Shown here: positions 13,201-33,438 of the stretch, piece after piece
Position numbering within the stretch: the stretch's first letter is position 1
Layout: every line of letters begins with the position of its first letter
Source: Balanoglossus misakiensis
Taxonomy: Eukaryota > Animalia > Hemichordata
DNA length: 64,000 nt
Reading direction: 5' to 3'
NCBI GenBank assembly: GCA_040954595.2
Contig: CM082580.2
Span: 3,028,783 to 3,092,782, forward strand
The notes under the pieces: model-generated
Told to the model about the DNA's origin: nothing
What the model saw: only the letters and a program-made list of their open reading frames with translations
Database searches by the model: none
Made by a program: the position numbers and the translations under genes

Positions 13201-16200
13201 TGCACATCATGTCTTGCATAGTCTGTGAAATAATGCCAAATTTACTATTTTTCTCATCTGTCAGGTATTCTAATCTTTTCAGGCAAACAGTCATCACAAA
13301 TCCTATATTTCTGACTACCATTACACAATCACTGCCTTTAACAATTACATTTGATTTTCCTCAATCAAATGATTTTTTTCAACCAAATCAAAGATCATTT
13401 CCAACATCTCCTCCATGAATAGCCCAGCACAACCTATTTTACACTAAGGACTGCAGAAGCTCAGTACTTGTGTTGGTATATATGAGTCAATGCTGTTTTG
13501 GGAAAAAAATTAGGGAAGTAATATTAGTATTTTTCTTTGATTGCAGTTGTTTACATATTGGACACAAATTTGTGCTATTCAGACTAGCAATGCCCCAGAC
13601 CACCCTTTATTGCAATATATGACATGATGGCTTGGTCATTCAAATTGGGTTGGTCATGAGTTCAAGCTGGCTGACATAGCTTGTTTTGAAAAACAAAAAG
13701 GTGTTCATCTGTCACAGTTGTTTTCTCCATCTTCATGGAAATACGACCCGGCTACTAAGTAATGTTTCTCGCAGTGAAAAGTACAAGTTGCACATAAAAA
13801 CCTTCTCCCATCTTTCAAACCATGTTTGTTTGAGGCACTGTGTGATATCCAAAATATAATGTGTTACATCATTTGAAAATTTAAGTGCTACCCAGTTGTC
13901 ACAACAACGGGTGACTTTATTTGAATTCCAGTTATGGAAATCCTACAAAAGACTGAAATCTCAATGAGAAATGGTTTAATGGAGCACACAGTGTCATCAA
14001 ATCAACACAGTTCATTGATGTCTAATTTCAAATGAATTTTCTTTTGCAACCAAAGTTGATCAAGTTTTAATCTAAACATCACAAGTCAATACAGCTTTTC
14101 AAATGACTGAATAACATCATCTATGATATAAAATAATGATTGAAAAAAAAGGCCACAAAAAATGTAAAAGAAAACAGAGTGTTTATCTTACCATCTGCAA
14201 AGGGGTCATGTCTGTCTGGAGATATGATCATCTCTCTTCTTCTTGCTCGATATTCATCTTCTCTGTCTGCAATTTTTGGAATTCGGTGCTCAGCAAATGG
14301 ATCATAATCCTACAAACACAGAAATGGAATAATTTTTCAAGATTTGTATAAGACACACACACACACACACACTTCAAATCAAATACACAAGCTATTTTAC
14401 AGACAGGTGTACAAAACCTAATCTTGCCCGTACTTACCACAGCACTGCGTTGTATGTCATTCAAAACAGAGGCTGGTGCTGTGTAATTGCTTCTTTTCCC
14501 ACCCATCAATGTGCCCGATGGAACTTCTTCGTCATCATCCTGAAATGAAGAAACAAAACCACTACAATCATCTGCGACACAATGAGGAATTTCAGTGCAA
14601 AGAGGATAAACTAAATTCATACAGAAAGACCTAGATTTCAAATCTTCACTTCAAATTGTGACACAGGTCAAAAGTCATGAGCTACATGGTGATTGCGTAG
14701 CACTGTTTAAAAAGCTTGAAAAATATATGCTTTAGGTGTGGCTGAACAGAGAAAGCCAAGTTTGTAAGTGTAATCATCTTCATACAGATACATGTACTAA
14801 ACTATATTTAATTTTCTGAAGCAAACAATGCTTAAATACTTCCAATAAAATATCTACTTACATCATCCGCTTCATTTGTAGCAATGGATGTAACATAGCC
14901 TTCATATTTACTACCAACACTGCCATAGATATCCTGATCAAAGTGACCACCAGCTCCTAAAGCAACTCTGTCTCCCTTTTCACCAACTGGTTTGGGCAGG
15001 TTAGCCTTCTTGGACTGAATGTCACGGATCTGCTGCTCTAGTTCTGAAATAATGAATATAATGTATTATTATACATCTCGCACAGAGAACAATAGAATGT
15101 GTGTAAAAAATGACTGTATGGAATGGGGCATACGAAATGCCAGTTTCAGGGTGCCCAAGCTCACCGTGTATAGGTATGCACTTTCACTGCAGACGATTTT
15201 AACAAGATACCCAGCTCCAATGTAAACAAAACAGGAAAGTGACGCCATATTCCAAACATAATTAAAATGGAAAAAGGCGTTTTAAAATACACTCATGGAA
15301 CCACCTATTTCCCCTTATTGTAAAATTACTGTGTGACCTAACTGACGCCTGTAGTGAAACGCTACAAGATCTCGTAGCAAGCTCAAATAAAGTTACTTCA
15401 TTAGATTTATTAGAGGTTTAATGAAATCTGGATGGTTCGGTGGAAAATTTGGGGGCTACAACCTTATTAAAGTGTTTTTAATTTCACCGGGTGTCAGTGC
15501 TAAACCCCCTAGCTGAGCTGACAACAGATCCACTACAAAAAGTTGATTGGGCATTTACACACAGGGCCTTGTGGTAGTACATGTAGGTCTGCGACAACCA
15601 GTCAAGCTTGAGTTTTTGACTTGCATTGGGTGTTTGATTTCACTTTTGTCCAGGCAAAACCTGGAGCTACAGTACAGTGTACTGCAGCTGGGGTAAGACA
15701 TGCTGGCAATCAATCATGCCATGCTGCAGTGGCTGGTCGGTAGATAGGTACTTTACTTTATATGCCACAAGTGACCAACTCAACTCAACTGGGATTTTTG
15801 ATCTGGCCAAACCATGGCACAATACAGGCTTACACTGTTACAGCTAAATGTCTGAGCACACAAATGCATTGCACACCATTGCTCCTTACTCCAGCATAAA
15901 TTTAGTGTGTGATTACTGCAACAGAGTGTGTGGGGTGAATTTGTGTAATAAACTAGCGTTTTCGATACGGCCCAGTTACAGTAAACGTAAAAGTGACGCC
16001 ATATTCCAAACTGCTTGTAAAATGCAGCGTTGTTGTTTTCTGACTGACTGTATATTGCAGATCATTTCTGTAAATCAGTTATTCAAAGGTTGCAAGCAAA
16101 TGTCCCGATCTTTCGTCTCTCTTAATTCTATATCTCTTTCATTATGTTTGATTAACTTTAAAAATCTTCGAAATGGTATTAAAAAAGGAATTTGTTTTGA

Positions 16201-16230
16201 TCGCCTACCTTCCCTCGTAGTGGCAGCCAT
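1294..16230 (-). CDS. SF3B1: Splicing factor 3B subunit 1, 21 coding exons, about 1309 aa
   Basis: Exons (minus strand): 16230-16209, 15043-14862, 14539-14438, 14309-14192, 12379-12306, 11775-11688, 11415-11330, 10762-10519, 9874-9659, 9020-8701, 8329-8048, 7542-7185, 6820-6675, 6010-5738, 5215-4994, 4465-4283, 3962-3784, 3140-2955, 2624-2352, 2027-1811, 1452-1294. All introns are GT-AG and the total is 3930 nt. Peptides include RWDETP/TP repeats, [51 protein letters not shown] and a C-terminal ELDYFL, all typical of SF3B1. Confidence 0.98.
5517..5682. mobile_element. Tc1/mariner-type MITE
   Basis: TA-CAGTCAAACCTGT...ACAGGTTTGACTG-TA. A second copy is at 63183-63371. Confidence 0.8.
6502..6663. 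mobile_element. MITE with TA-CTGT(A/G)AAAC...GCGA termini
   Basis: TIRs of about 25 bp with TA flanks. The same family occurs at 21821-22032 and 44314-44532, with a partial relative from 44981. Confidence 0.8.
12046..12274. mobile_element. MITE-like element with imperfect TIRs
   Basis: TAGGTCACTTTCATGACCC ... GGGTCATGAAAGAGGGCCAA. Confidence 0.55.
12975..13058 (-). other. Candidate poison (PTC-containing) cassette exon in SF3B1 intron 4
   Basis: Branch-point-like CACTAAC at 13067-13061, candidate exon starts at 13058, 13037 and 13023, and donor A/GTACGT at 12974. All three acceptors give an in-frame stop after exon 4. Confidence 0.6.
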
Positions 16231-16556
16231 GTTTTTCCAATATGGTATGGACGTGAACAAGACGTCATTCGGGTGTAATCGGAAAAGCTTCTGATCAGCC
16301 AGTTCAGCTTTCACGTCTGAGGGAAATGAACACCTAAGCATTTTAATATGTATTTTGTGTTGATAAATGACATTTTAAAAAGCATTTTGTTTGGAGAAAC
16401 GGAAAAAATAACTCTACATAACATTCGGTAAAGTACGGTTATGTTCGCTCAAATTCCGATAATCGCCGAAGTACGTGACACAGATTTTCGTAACCCCGAA
16501 TCACGTGATCTCTGATGACGTTATCGCCGGTATTGTAGGAACCATTCCAAGCAGAA
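16231..16556. promoter_or_regulatory. Bidirectional promoter and 5' UTRs of SF3B1 and COQ10
   Basis: The two start codons diverge 326 bp apart. The interval is CpG-enriched, with E-box TCACGTGA at 16501-16508 and TGACGT half-CRE sites. YY1-like ATGGC contexts overlap both ATGs. Confidence 0.75.
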
Positions 16557-16986
16557 ATGGCGAGTAAAACCGCTAAAACGACTGCTCACATAGGTTACCG
16601 TGCATTACAGTTACTAAAAATCGAGACACGTTTATTACGACAAAGTAGGTAGGTATCTTGAATTCGATATAAACGATCACCTTGGATGGATCAGACTATT
16701 TGCCCTTGCCAAGTCCCTCGACCCCACTGCACTGCACTGTTCTCGGTTTACTGGCAAGTGGCAAAGTCTCCCGTACGCGTACACACCGGCCGAACTTGAT
16801 TACCTGATCCGTACAATCTTTTCGGATTGTTTCCGTTCACGACAATTTCAAATACGTCAAGTGATTTATTCAATCGTCAGACAAATAAATATTACAAATG
16901 GAGTGAATTAGGGTCACCTTAGTACACAACGGATAACAAGGTCATGTCACACTGTCAGCTGTCCTCCGGTCGCCGGGTTTGTGTGT

Positions 16987-17017
<31 letters not shown>

Positions 17018-20000
17018 TGTCGAATAGCTGCAATGATTGTAGCGGGTACTGCTAGGCTGATGGTGTAGGGCTGCGTACACACCATCAACCTAGCAGCACC
17101 CGCTACCATAATGGCAGCCAGGACTGAGGTGTTGTCAGATCTGTGAAAAAAAATGTGGTTATTGTATTTTTTGTTGGATACCCCTATAGTCCCCTCAATG
17201 CCTTGCTAAAAGAAGCTGGCACAATATTTATGCAATTATTTTAAAACATTTATAAATATTGAAATAGCATAAATGGATACCTTATGGCACAGGGAAAGAT
17301 TTCATAAGACCAATGTTGACATGGTCTAGTTCATATATAGCATGCTTGAAATTGACGTTTTAACTTTTTATTTATATTGCAGGTTTATGTGTACAACATG
17401 TCGTTGTATATCTGTAAGATACAACAATGGAGGTTTACTGCTACAAAAACAACCTGCTTTGACTTGGCCTAACTCGTATCAACTAGGACAAACTAGGACA
17501 TTCTTATCGAGTGTTATGCCCCATCCTTTCAAAAATAAGAAGAAGGAATATTCTGAACGAAGGGTTCTTGGGTGAGTCAATTTGAAATGTAAGAGTTGTT
17601 ACCTATAGCAGGTACTCTTGTAGTCAGATATTGGAACTCGCACACCACTTACTAATTTGTCACTGATAAAATTTCACATTCATGTCATTGCTTCATGATA
17701 GTTTTGCATTCAGCATATCACCTTGTGTGTGAACCTGATATCAAATCAAAAAAGAAAGTCATATCAATCAAAACCAGGTATAAATATTGTTAATCCTGTG
17801 AACTGGGCTCTGAAGATATTGTCCAAATTATTCATTGTTCACCGTGGCATACATGTATAACTAGCCACATGATTCCTACCTATGGGGTATACACCTACAC
17901 CAGTTTTATAACAAACTGAAAGTTTCAAAACATATTTTACTGCAGTTATTCCATGCAAGAGATGTATGACGTTGTAGCAGATGTTGAGCAGTATAAAGAG
18001 TTTGTCCCGTGGTGTTTGAAATCAGAGATTATTGCAAGAAAAGCTGGGAGTATGAAGGCCAGTCTGGAAATTGGATTTCCACCGCTTGTAGAGCGGTACA
18101 CATCAGTCGTAACATTAGCAAAGCCGCATATGGTCAAGGTAAGTTGATGAAACACAACATTGCTCATGTACCGGGGGTACCGTTAAAGTCATATTTGTAG
18201 ACGCAGGTTTTTAACAAAGTTGCAATATTTCGACTGCTACAATGATCCTGAAATCGGGGTGCGTCTAATAATATGGAAGTATGCCAAGTTTCAAAACAAA
18301 CTTTTTCTGTTCTCAGGAGAAGACATCGCCAAAAATCAGGTCATAAAGAAAGTACTTCCCAGTATGCAATCATACACTTCTACTCCTGCTGCATGACTTG
18401 TGTTCTTTGCTCAAAAGTCTGAAGCCTATTCCTCATACAGTTCAAAAATCGTTTTATTCATACAAAGTTTGAGTTTTTGATATTTTCAAGTGTCATGTCT
18501 TGTCCGTATATTCACCCCATAATGTAATCTGAGACTTAGCTTCTACTTCCACATAAACAATGTTGCAAATTACGTTACATGCCCATTGATAAAATCAGAC
18601 GCACTGTCTGGGTCAACACCATCTGGGTCAACTACATCTGAAGCCATGTGTCAATGGGTGACAAGGCATCAAATGTCAAAGTGACAGCCATTGAAAACTT
18701 CAACCAATCAGAGTAAATGATTTTAGAGGATAATTAATGAGAGGTCAACTACATGTCAAAGTGTATTCATATGTTAATTTCATGCATGTTTCATGGACGT
18801 TGTTGACCAGCTGAGCAATTATAGGCAACTGAGACAATGGAAAAGACGTAGACCCAGCAATTATGGGCAGTTGAGACAATGGAAAAGACATAGTTGAAAC
18901 AATGGCAAAGAAAATCACCCTTAGTCAGTCTTCTGTTAGTCAGTCTTCCGCATTGAATGAAAGGGGGCTTGTCCTCCACCATGCTGAAAGCAGGGTGCGT
19001 CTAATAATATGTACTTTTCCGTTTTTCCAAATCTTTGAATTTGTGACATTGCAATCAGCTCAGAAAAGGGGTGCGTCTATAAATACGGATGCGTCTACAA
19101 ATATGACTTTAACGGTAGTTGTAGTTTAATGTAGTGTCGTGACTTCCTTGTGATAATAATGATAATGATGGTGAAGAAATATTCTTTTTTCCATCCAACA
19201 TTCATGCTTTGCAATAATTTATGCACTGTTTGGGTACTATATTTGAATGTTAACACATGTGCATCTAATTGTACTTAATACCCAAATTCACTAAAAAGTG
19301 TGCGTTTTACAATAATATATGTGTAAACATTGTCTAAATACTAGTAAATGAAAACTATTTCTTTATTTCAGGCTGTATGTACAGATGGTAAGCTGTTTAA
19401 CCATTTACAGACTATATGGAGATTTAGTCCAGGAGTTCCAGGCAAACCAAATACATGTACATTAGATTTTCAGGTATGATCACATACTGCTAAAGTCTAG
19501 TTCTAGTGGCAAAGAACTTTGAATGAATGGGTCTGTGAGTAATTGGATCTACCCCCTGGTATATGAGTTTGTGACACCTCCAATCTTGGTGACTGATGAT
19601 AATGTTATGCGCATGCTCAGAATTCAGGATTTGTGTTCTTGATGCTAGTGTCGTGTTGGGCAATTTTCAGTCCTGTAAAGATGGCCTTCAGCTGTTCATT
19701 CGGATGTTTACCGATGCACACAACATGTGTAGAGGTCAGTGAATACAATTGCAGAGTTTTGGGGAGGCCAGTTTTAAACTTGACCCTGGACGCCAAAGTA
19801 ACCACAAAGTAGTCATGAAATGTCATTGTGTCTGTTGCTCTTGGAAAATTGTAGCCTTCAAATTTTTACTTCCATCTAGTGTGATGCACAAGAATATTTT
19901 CATGAAAGCCTTCTTCTGTAGCTGGCAGGTTTTTTTATGACTGAAAATTTTGTCATTTACTTTTCAGGTTTCTTTTGAATTCAGGAGTGCACTTCACTCG

Positions 20001-20135
20001 CAATTGTCACACGTGTTCTTTGATGAAGTGGTCAAGAAGAATGTTGGCGCTTTTCTCAAGAGAGCAAACGCTGTTTATGGTCGCAAGGAAGTTGTTGCTC
20101 CTCGTGCCAGGTCACAAATACTACAGAGTGCGTGA
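16557..20135 (+). CDS. COQ10: Coenzyme Q-binding protein COQ10 homolog (START domain, mitochondrial), 5 exons, about 247 aa
   Basis: Exons 16557-16648, 17383-17571, 17946-18138, 19372-19473, 19968-20135 (744 nt, GT-AG). Peptides [70 protein letters not shown] and [22 protein letters not shown]. The N-terminus is basic and presequence-like. Confidence 0.95.
16981..17018. repeat. (GT)n followed by a poly-G tract
   Basis: Read directly from the sequence. Confidence 0.9.
17024..17106. repeat. Short hairpin repeat; second copy at 48714-48796
   Basis: GTAGCGGGTACTGCTAGGCTGATGGTGT...ACACCATCAACCTAGCAGCACCCGCTAC. A related inverted copy is in CS intron 1. Confidence 0.65.
18178..19117. mobile_element. 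Non-autonomous Tc1/mariner (pogo-like) DNA transposon in COQ10 intron 3
   Basis: Perfect termini TA-CCGTTAAAGTCATATTTGTAGACGCA / TGCGTCTACAAATATGACTTTAACGG-TA, subterminal GGGTGCGTCTA repeats and no transposase ORF. Confidence 0.85.
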
Positions 20136-20979
20136 CGTAAGAAGTAATACGTAGTCACCAATAGAAACACCCTTTGTATCCCTGAAAATTGTGTATTATT
20201 TACTATCAATCACGTGTTCTGGCCATGTGACCCACGGCGTTGACATTTCCAGGTGACGGGCAAACACCATGTTGGCATCCATTAAAAGTTTTTCCGAGTA
20301 TGTTTTTACTTTAGAACCGCCAGACATGTAATATGTATCAGGTATGGTGCCTTATCAGCCTCATGGCGTTTCGTCTACACAGTCTTTGTCTGCACCACGT
20401 TGCTGAAGTTGCCCGTCATCTGGAAATTTGAATGCCAACGTAACTGCCGCTTGAGCGCATCTGATGTCATTTCATATGGAAGAACTGAAGCTAAAGATCA
20501 TGACTATACCAAAACAATGGCATTTCTGAGACACCCACAATTTGTAAATACATGGGGGAATTATTGTTTTACACTATATTTAAATTTACAAATTTTATTT
20601 GAGTTGTGTCCTTTTAATTTATGTCATACAGTAATGCGAATGAGTGATTAATTATTTTATTCATTTGTTCATTTTAAACCAACAAAGTTGTAATTTTACT
20701 ATTAACAACAGAAATTCTTTACGAGTAAAGTGAAGAACATGATTAACCTCATGAAGTCAGCTGGTACAATACCGCTGTTAAGGGGGGGGGGGGGCTTATT
20801 TAATTTAAAAGTAACAACTTCCAAATCTTGGTGAATTTTAAAAGACCCTTTACTGATTGGAGTAGGGATCAATAACTTTATTGGCAAAATATATCTTCTT
20901 TTTTTACCAATCATGACTTTTAAAATTTACAAAATGTCAAACTGAAATATCTAAAACAACAGAGCCAGTCTATTGACTC

Positions 20980-21206
20980 TAAGACTAGGAAGGGGTCGTC
21001 GCGCCGCGTAGGTGTCCCTCTTGATGAGAATATGTGATCCCATACCAGCACAAACCCCACTGCAGTCACCACGACCTACTAGGATCTTCAGTTGCTGTCA
21101 TGCCCAGTCTATGCTACGGTTGGCTGCTTCGTTCATTCTAAGAATGATCTAATTTCAGGGATTTGTGAATGATTTGTAATGTTTATAAACAAACAAACAA
21201 ACAAAC
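20980..21206 (+). mobile_element. Probable SINE/LINE 3' remnant with an (AAAC)n tail
   Basis: A GC-richer body ends in TAAACAAACAAACAAACAAAC. The 5' boundary is approximate. Confidence 0.4.
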
Positions 21207-21820
21207 AGCGCGATGACCCCTTCACTTTAAAATAAAACCAAAATTGATGGTTGAACACATTGGAGGTGTATATTATCATATGTGAACCCAATTAATTAAA
21301 ATTGAGTGCTTAGAAATAATTTTTTCAGTTTTGAAGAGGTCACAGATGAGATTGAGTTTTTGATTTTAGAACAGCATTCATATTGTACAGACACTGACAG
21401 TCTTTGCAGAGATAAACTAACAATACATTTATACTGTATTTCCCAGATGTTTTGATGAAATCCCTATGTACTTGCTTGCTGAATGGTATTACTAGCGTTT
21501 GCTGTGAAGATATTTAATATTCACATCTGCAGTGTCTTTTTTGACACTGATGGAAATTCTGCATCCTTTTCATGTGACATCATGTCTCAATAAAGTGACA
21601 GGACATGATGTCTTTTACATTTAATGCTGCAACTGAACTTGTACAAATGTAATATAATATGTGAAAGATTTGTATATGTGTATGCTGCAGTGCTATTATT
21701 TGATGTACCTACTGGTATGTAGGAGTTGAATATTTACTATTAGAAAGTGGCATTTCATTGAGGACTGGACACAGTCTCATAGATTTTGTTGCCTGTCCAT
21801 GCATTGCCTGCCATGTTATT

Positions 21821-22032
21821 TACTGTAAAACATGTTATTTTCGCGAGCAATAAATTTTCGCGAAATACGTGAGAGCCAAAATAACGTGAAAATAAAAAGT
21901 CGCGTACATTTTTTTCAGAGATAACGATGCAGTAAATGAAATAAGAGAACGCAAAAATTAATACTCGCGAAACAGTTGCCTCTTTTGATATCGCGAAAAT
22001 TTCCTGTTGAGAAAATAACATGTTTTACAGTA
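21821..22032. mobile_element. MITE, same family as 6502-6663
   Basis: TACTGTAAAACATGTTATTTTC...GAAAATAACATGTTTTACAGTA. Its orientation is inverse to the 44314 copy. Confidence 0.85.
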
Positions 22033-22327
22033 TATGACTGCTGTATCCAGATTACCTAGATGTGATCGGGAGAGAAGTGTAGTAATGCATTATGGGACAT
22101 AAACATGGACATTTTCTTTAAAAACTAGTTTACCCATACAGTTTTAACAGCACCAGGTTGTTAGGTACACCATTTCAGAATTTCGTAATTTTTGATTTAA
22201 ATATTACACAGCATGATTTCTGAGAACAGTGTTGAATGCCAAAGTGTCAAGACATCACAGGCTTCAAAGCTTTGCAGACTGTTTTCAAAAGTGGTGTGCG
22301 TTGTAGAGCTCAGTGAAATCTGTCCAA

Positions 22328-22514
22328 TTAAAGGTATACGGTCACCTATGCAAATTTAGCAACAGTTACCATGGCGAACTGAGATCTAGCCAAGATTTTC
22401 AGTGGGTGGAACAAGTGAAAAAGAGAACGCCACCATATGTTCTTTAGAACACTCAGATACGCCATTTTGCCATTTATGGACATATGTAAATTGGAGGTGA
22501 CCTTGTACCTTTAA
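22328..22514. mobile_element. Kolobok-like MITE (TTAA flanks)
   Basis: TTAA-AGGTATACGGTCACCT...AGGTGACCTTGTACCT-TTAA. A relative is at 51870-52040. Confidence 0.7.
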
Positions 22515-23951
22515 GGACACCTTCAAGAACAGAACAAAAAAAAAATTGTCCTCATAAATGGAGTGGGACAGGAAACATTCTTATCAAATTGTAACTTTTG
22601 TCTTGTCCTTCATGACAGGTTTCAGTGAGTGGCTGTATAGGTCAAACTAGATTCTGTTTCTTTCTCTTTGCATAGGAATCAAACAAATTCTGACGAGACA
22701 TCGACACTGAGTAGGTGTCTAATGGATTGTGACACAGCATTGACACTGATGTAGTCTGACTGTTATTGGGCAGTCATCTGAAGACATTCTAGGGATAGCA
22801 GCAATTTCATGACTGATGTCATCATCTTTTCGTTTAGCCAACCATCCATTCTCTGCTTTGTTCTCTTATTTCTAAGCATTTCAAATAAACCCATTATTTC
22901 CAACATTAATTTTGTTGTCCATGAAATGCTTTAAAATATCACTTCTTTGTGTTCCCATAGTTGGGATTCATGCTTACACTGGTTTACAGAAATACGATGC
23001 ATGATGGTTGCAGCACATTTCTGAACAGGATACAAGATTCCCACTTGGAAATGCCAGGTATGGGAACTTGGTGCATACCGCCCTCTTGTGGTCACTATTA
23101 TCCATGCAATGGTTCCTCATAGATTGAACATTTGTCAAATTGTCAACCTTCAAAAGTTGCACTTTCGTGAAAGCGAATGTTCTTTAAACTTAAAAACAGT
23201 ATCTCTCCACCACCTTTCCATCAGCCATTCCGCAGATAATAACATTATTAGACACAAGCAAACAGACAGTATGGTGTACATCAAGGCCAAAATTCACACA
23301 AGCATTTTGAGTGTCGAAAATGAAGTTCAGAAATTGGCCATGTTGGCCGGAAATTTCAAAATTTAGGTTCTAAAGTTGAAAATGAAATGTGCCTTAATAT
23401 CACACCAGCAGCCATACTCCCATGATTCTATCACAGGAGCCAAAAAAGTTTATTTCTTCGTCAACTACATGAAAAAAGGACTACACATGATTTGGGGACC
23501 ATGTAATCTGGCAATAACTTGATTTATTTAATTAATTACTGATGCAGGTTGTTTAGGAAAGTTTTCAGTTAGGGAATTAATTCCCGTGTCAGTTATGATC
23601 ATGCAATATCACTACAAATAAAGCAGAGAAAACTTCATTTGAAAACAAAGGTTTATTGCTAATATATCTATACAATACATGTAGGGTGATAATGACTTTC
23701 AAACTTGCCCTGTAACACCAGATGAAAACTACAACATACTCCAACGCATTACCAACAGTATTACAGCCGACTATGTGTACAAAACTGGCAGTCTAGAAAT
23801 GTTGATATACATAACTACTGTGTACATCAGACACATTGTGACAGCAAAGCATCTGTCAAGTCTCTTGACAATTCCTTTTTTCGTGGCTCAGTATAAAAAT
23901 CTTTCAAGACTGGAATAAAAGTTTGCCCAGACAGATTTACATTTCAATAAT

Positions 23952-31669
<7,718 letters not shown>

Positions 31670-32085
31670 TTTTGCTGTCAAATGTAAAAAAAGGCAATTT
31701 ATGGTAAAATTGTTAGAAATATGTATTACCTTACGTAATGTAATTGTAGACCTAACACCCGAGAGAAGTATAACTTATAAGTCCATCACCCAGTCTACAT
31801 TATCACTCGTGGTTCACACAATTCTATACTAGTAGTAATCTTTTCAGTTTTATCTGCAATATTGCTGCTAATATTTCCTGTCTCTACGAAATAAATTGTT
31901 ACAGGACAAAATAAGTTGTAGGCACGTACAGCTTTAACAACCGTACTAGCTGATGCAAGGTGCCAGACAGGTTACAAAAGAAAATCTCAATCACGCTTTA
32001 TGAAACAACCTTCAAGCGAGCGCCCTAACTAAATGAATATTATCAACGTGCAGGTAAACTGCATCTCCATTTGAGCCCGGCCTTA

Positions 32086-32513
32086 TACAGCCGAAATTAT
32101 GAAAGGTCGCCGATTCAATATGTGATCTAGACGTCCTGTGTGCACTGAACACACGATGTGTTTATCTAACACAAACAACAGAACCTCTCATAAAAGAGAT
32201 GCGGTATCATTAGACTAATTACAGATGGTAGTCTGGAAACACGCTCCCCCTCAGAGAGAGTTGTTTACTTGGGTACACTCTCAACATAAAGCGTATACAC
32301 TTTGAGATTAAACTTTGACATCGTACCCAAGTAAACAACTCTCTCTGAGGGGGAGCGTGTTTCCAGACTACCATCTGTAATTAGTCTAATGATACCGCAT
32401 CTCTTTTATGAGAGGTTCTGTTGTTTGTGTTAGATAAACACATCGTGTGTTCAGTGCACACAGGACGTCTAGATCACATATTGAATCGGCGACCTTTCAT
32501 AATTTCGGCTGTA
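32086..32513. repeat. Long inverted repeat: 191-bp arms with a 46-bp spacer
   Basis: 32086-32276 is the reverse complement of 32323-32513, with no mismatch seen by eye. Confidence 0.95.
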
Positions 32514-32755
32514 AATTTAGCGTTTCTTCATCGTAAACCCAGTTGATCAAAATACTTCTATAGACAAACGACAACTTCTGAATAATAAACGTGAACGCTA
32601 AAACACCCAAAGACTCAAATTTCGCCTTCCAACCGATTATTCCATCACCCACGTGGTGCTGCGGAAAATGGCTGCTGCAATTCGCAAAAACGTCGGCACT
32701 TGTGCGGTTTCTCCGACGAACACAAGACTGCCCCATGTGTTTCTCACATACTCAC

Positions 32756-33438
32756 CGATTTGCGGGAACAGTTGGAAACTTTCGCGATGAAAAAGATTGC
32801 TGACAATTATTAAGCTTAAATCACGCCGCAATCGGCCGCACAACTACCAACAGAAGCTTCTCGTCTCAGTCGAACTCGCACGCCTTCTCGTAGATATCGG
32901 TCGACCTCTGACCACGTGAGGAGTTTAAATGGTATAAGTAGCCCGGAACCCAGAATTAAATTGGCGCATTACCCAAATACACGCTCACAGAATCATTCGT
33001 GTGTTATTATTTTAGCTAATATTTAAAAAGAAAACAATTTGATTGATGAAAATCACGGCGAATTCCTGATTCCCAAGTTTAGATATGAAATATGCCAGGA
33101 TAAATTTATTTTATACAGATGCTAGGGCCTTAGTTCTAGAACTCTCCAGCTCCCAGTTATATGTAAATTATACTTTTGTCCATGAAAAACTATTAAGTAA
33201 AATATGTCGTATATTTGTTTGACCGTTTGTCTGAAATTAGTAAATTACATTTAGTTTATTTCGAAATACATTTTTCGATATTGTTACTGAGGTAAAATGG
33301 TTATTCTGTCTCGCAAAACTTATCCGCAAATTATCATAATTTACATATGTCATTGCGCACGCTCAAATAGTGCCGTGTGATTTCAAAGCGACTGCTATCA
33401 TAGCCAGCACCCGGCGTGTCGTCTACGAATTTGCTACA
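32756..33438. promoter_or_regulatory. Bidirectional HSPD1/HSPE1 promoter with heat-shock-element-like motifs
   Basis: Lies between the HSPD1 non-coding exon 1 and the HSPE1 ATG. Inverted nGAAn pairs are AGAAGCTTCT (32852-32861) and GTTCTAGAAC (33133-33142). Head-to-head HSPD1/HSPE1 promoters are established in animals. Confidence 0.75.

Noticed and set aside
22685-22740. CTGACGA followed by a GACATC/GGTGTC stem as a hammerhead ribozyme
   Set aside because: The required GAAA after stem II is absent (TAAT instead).
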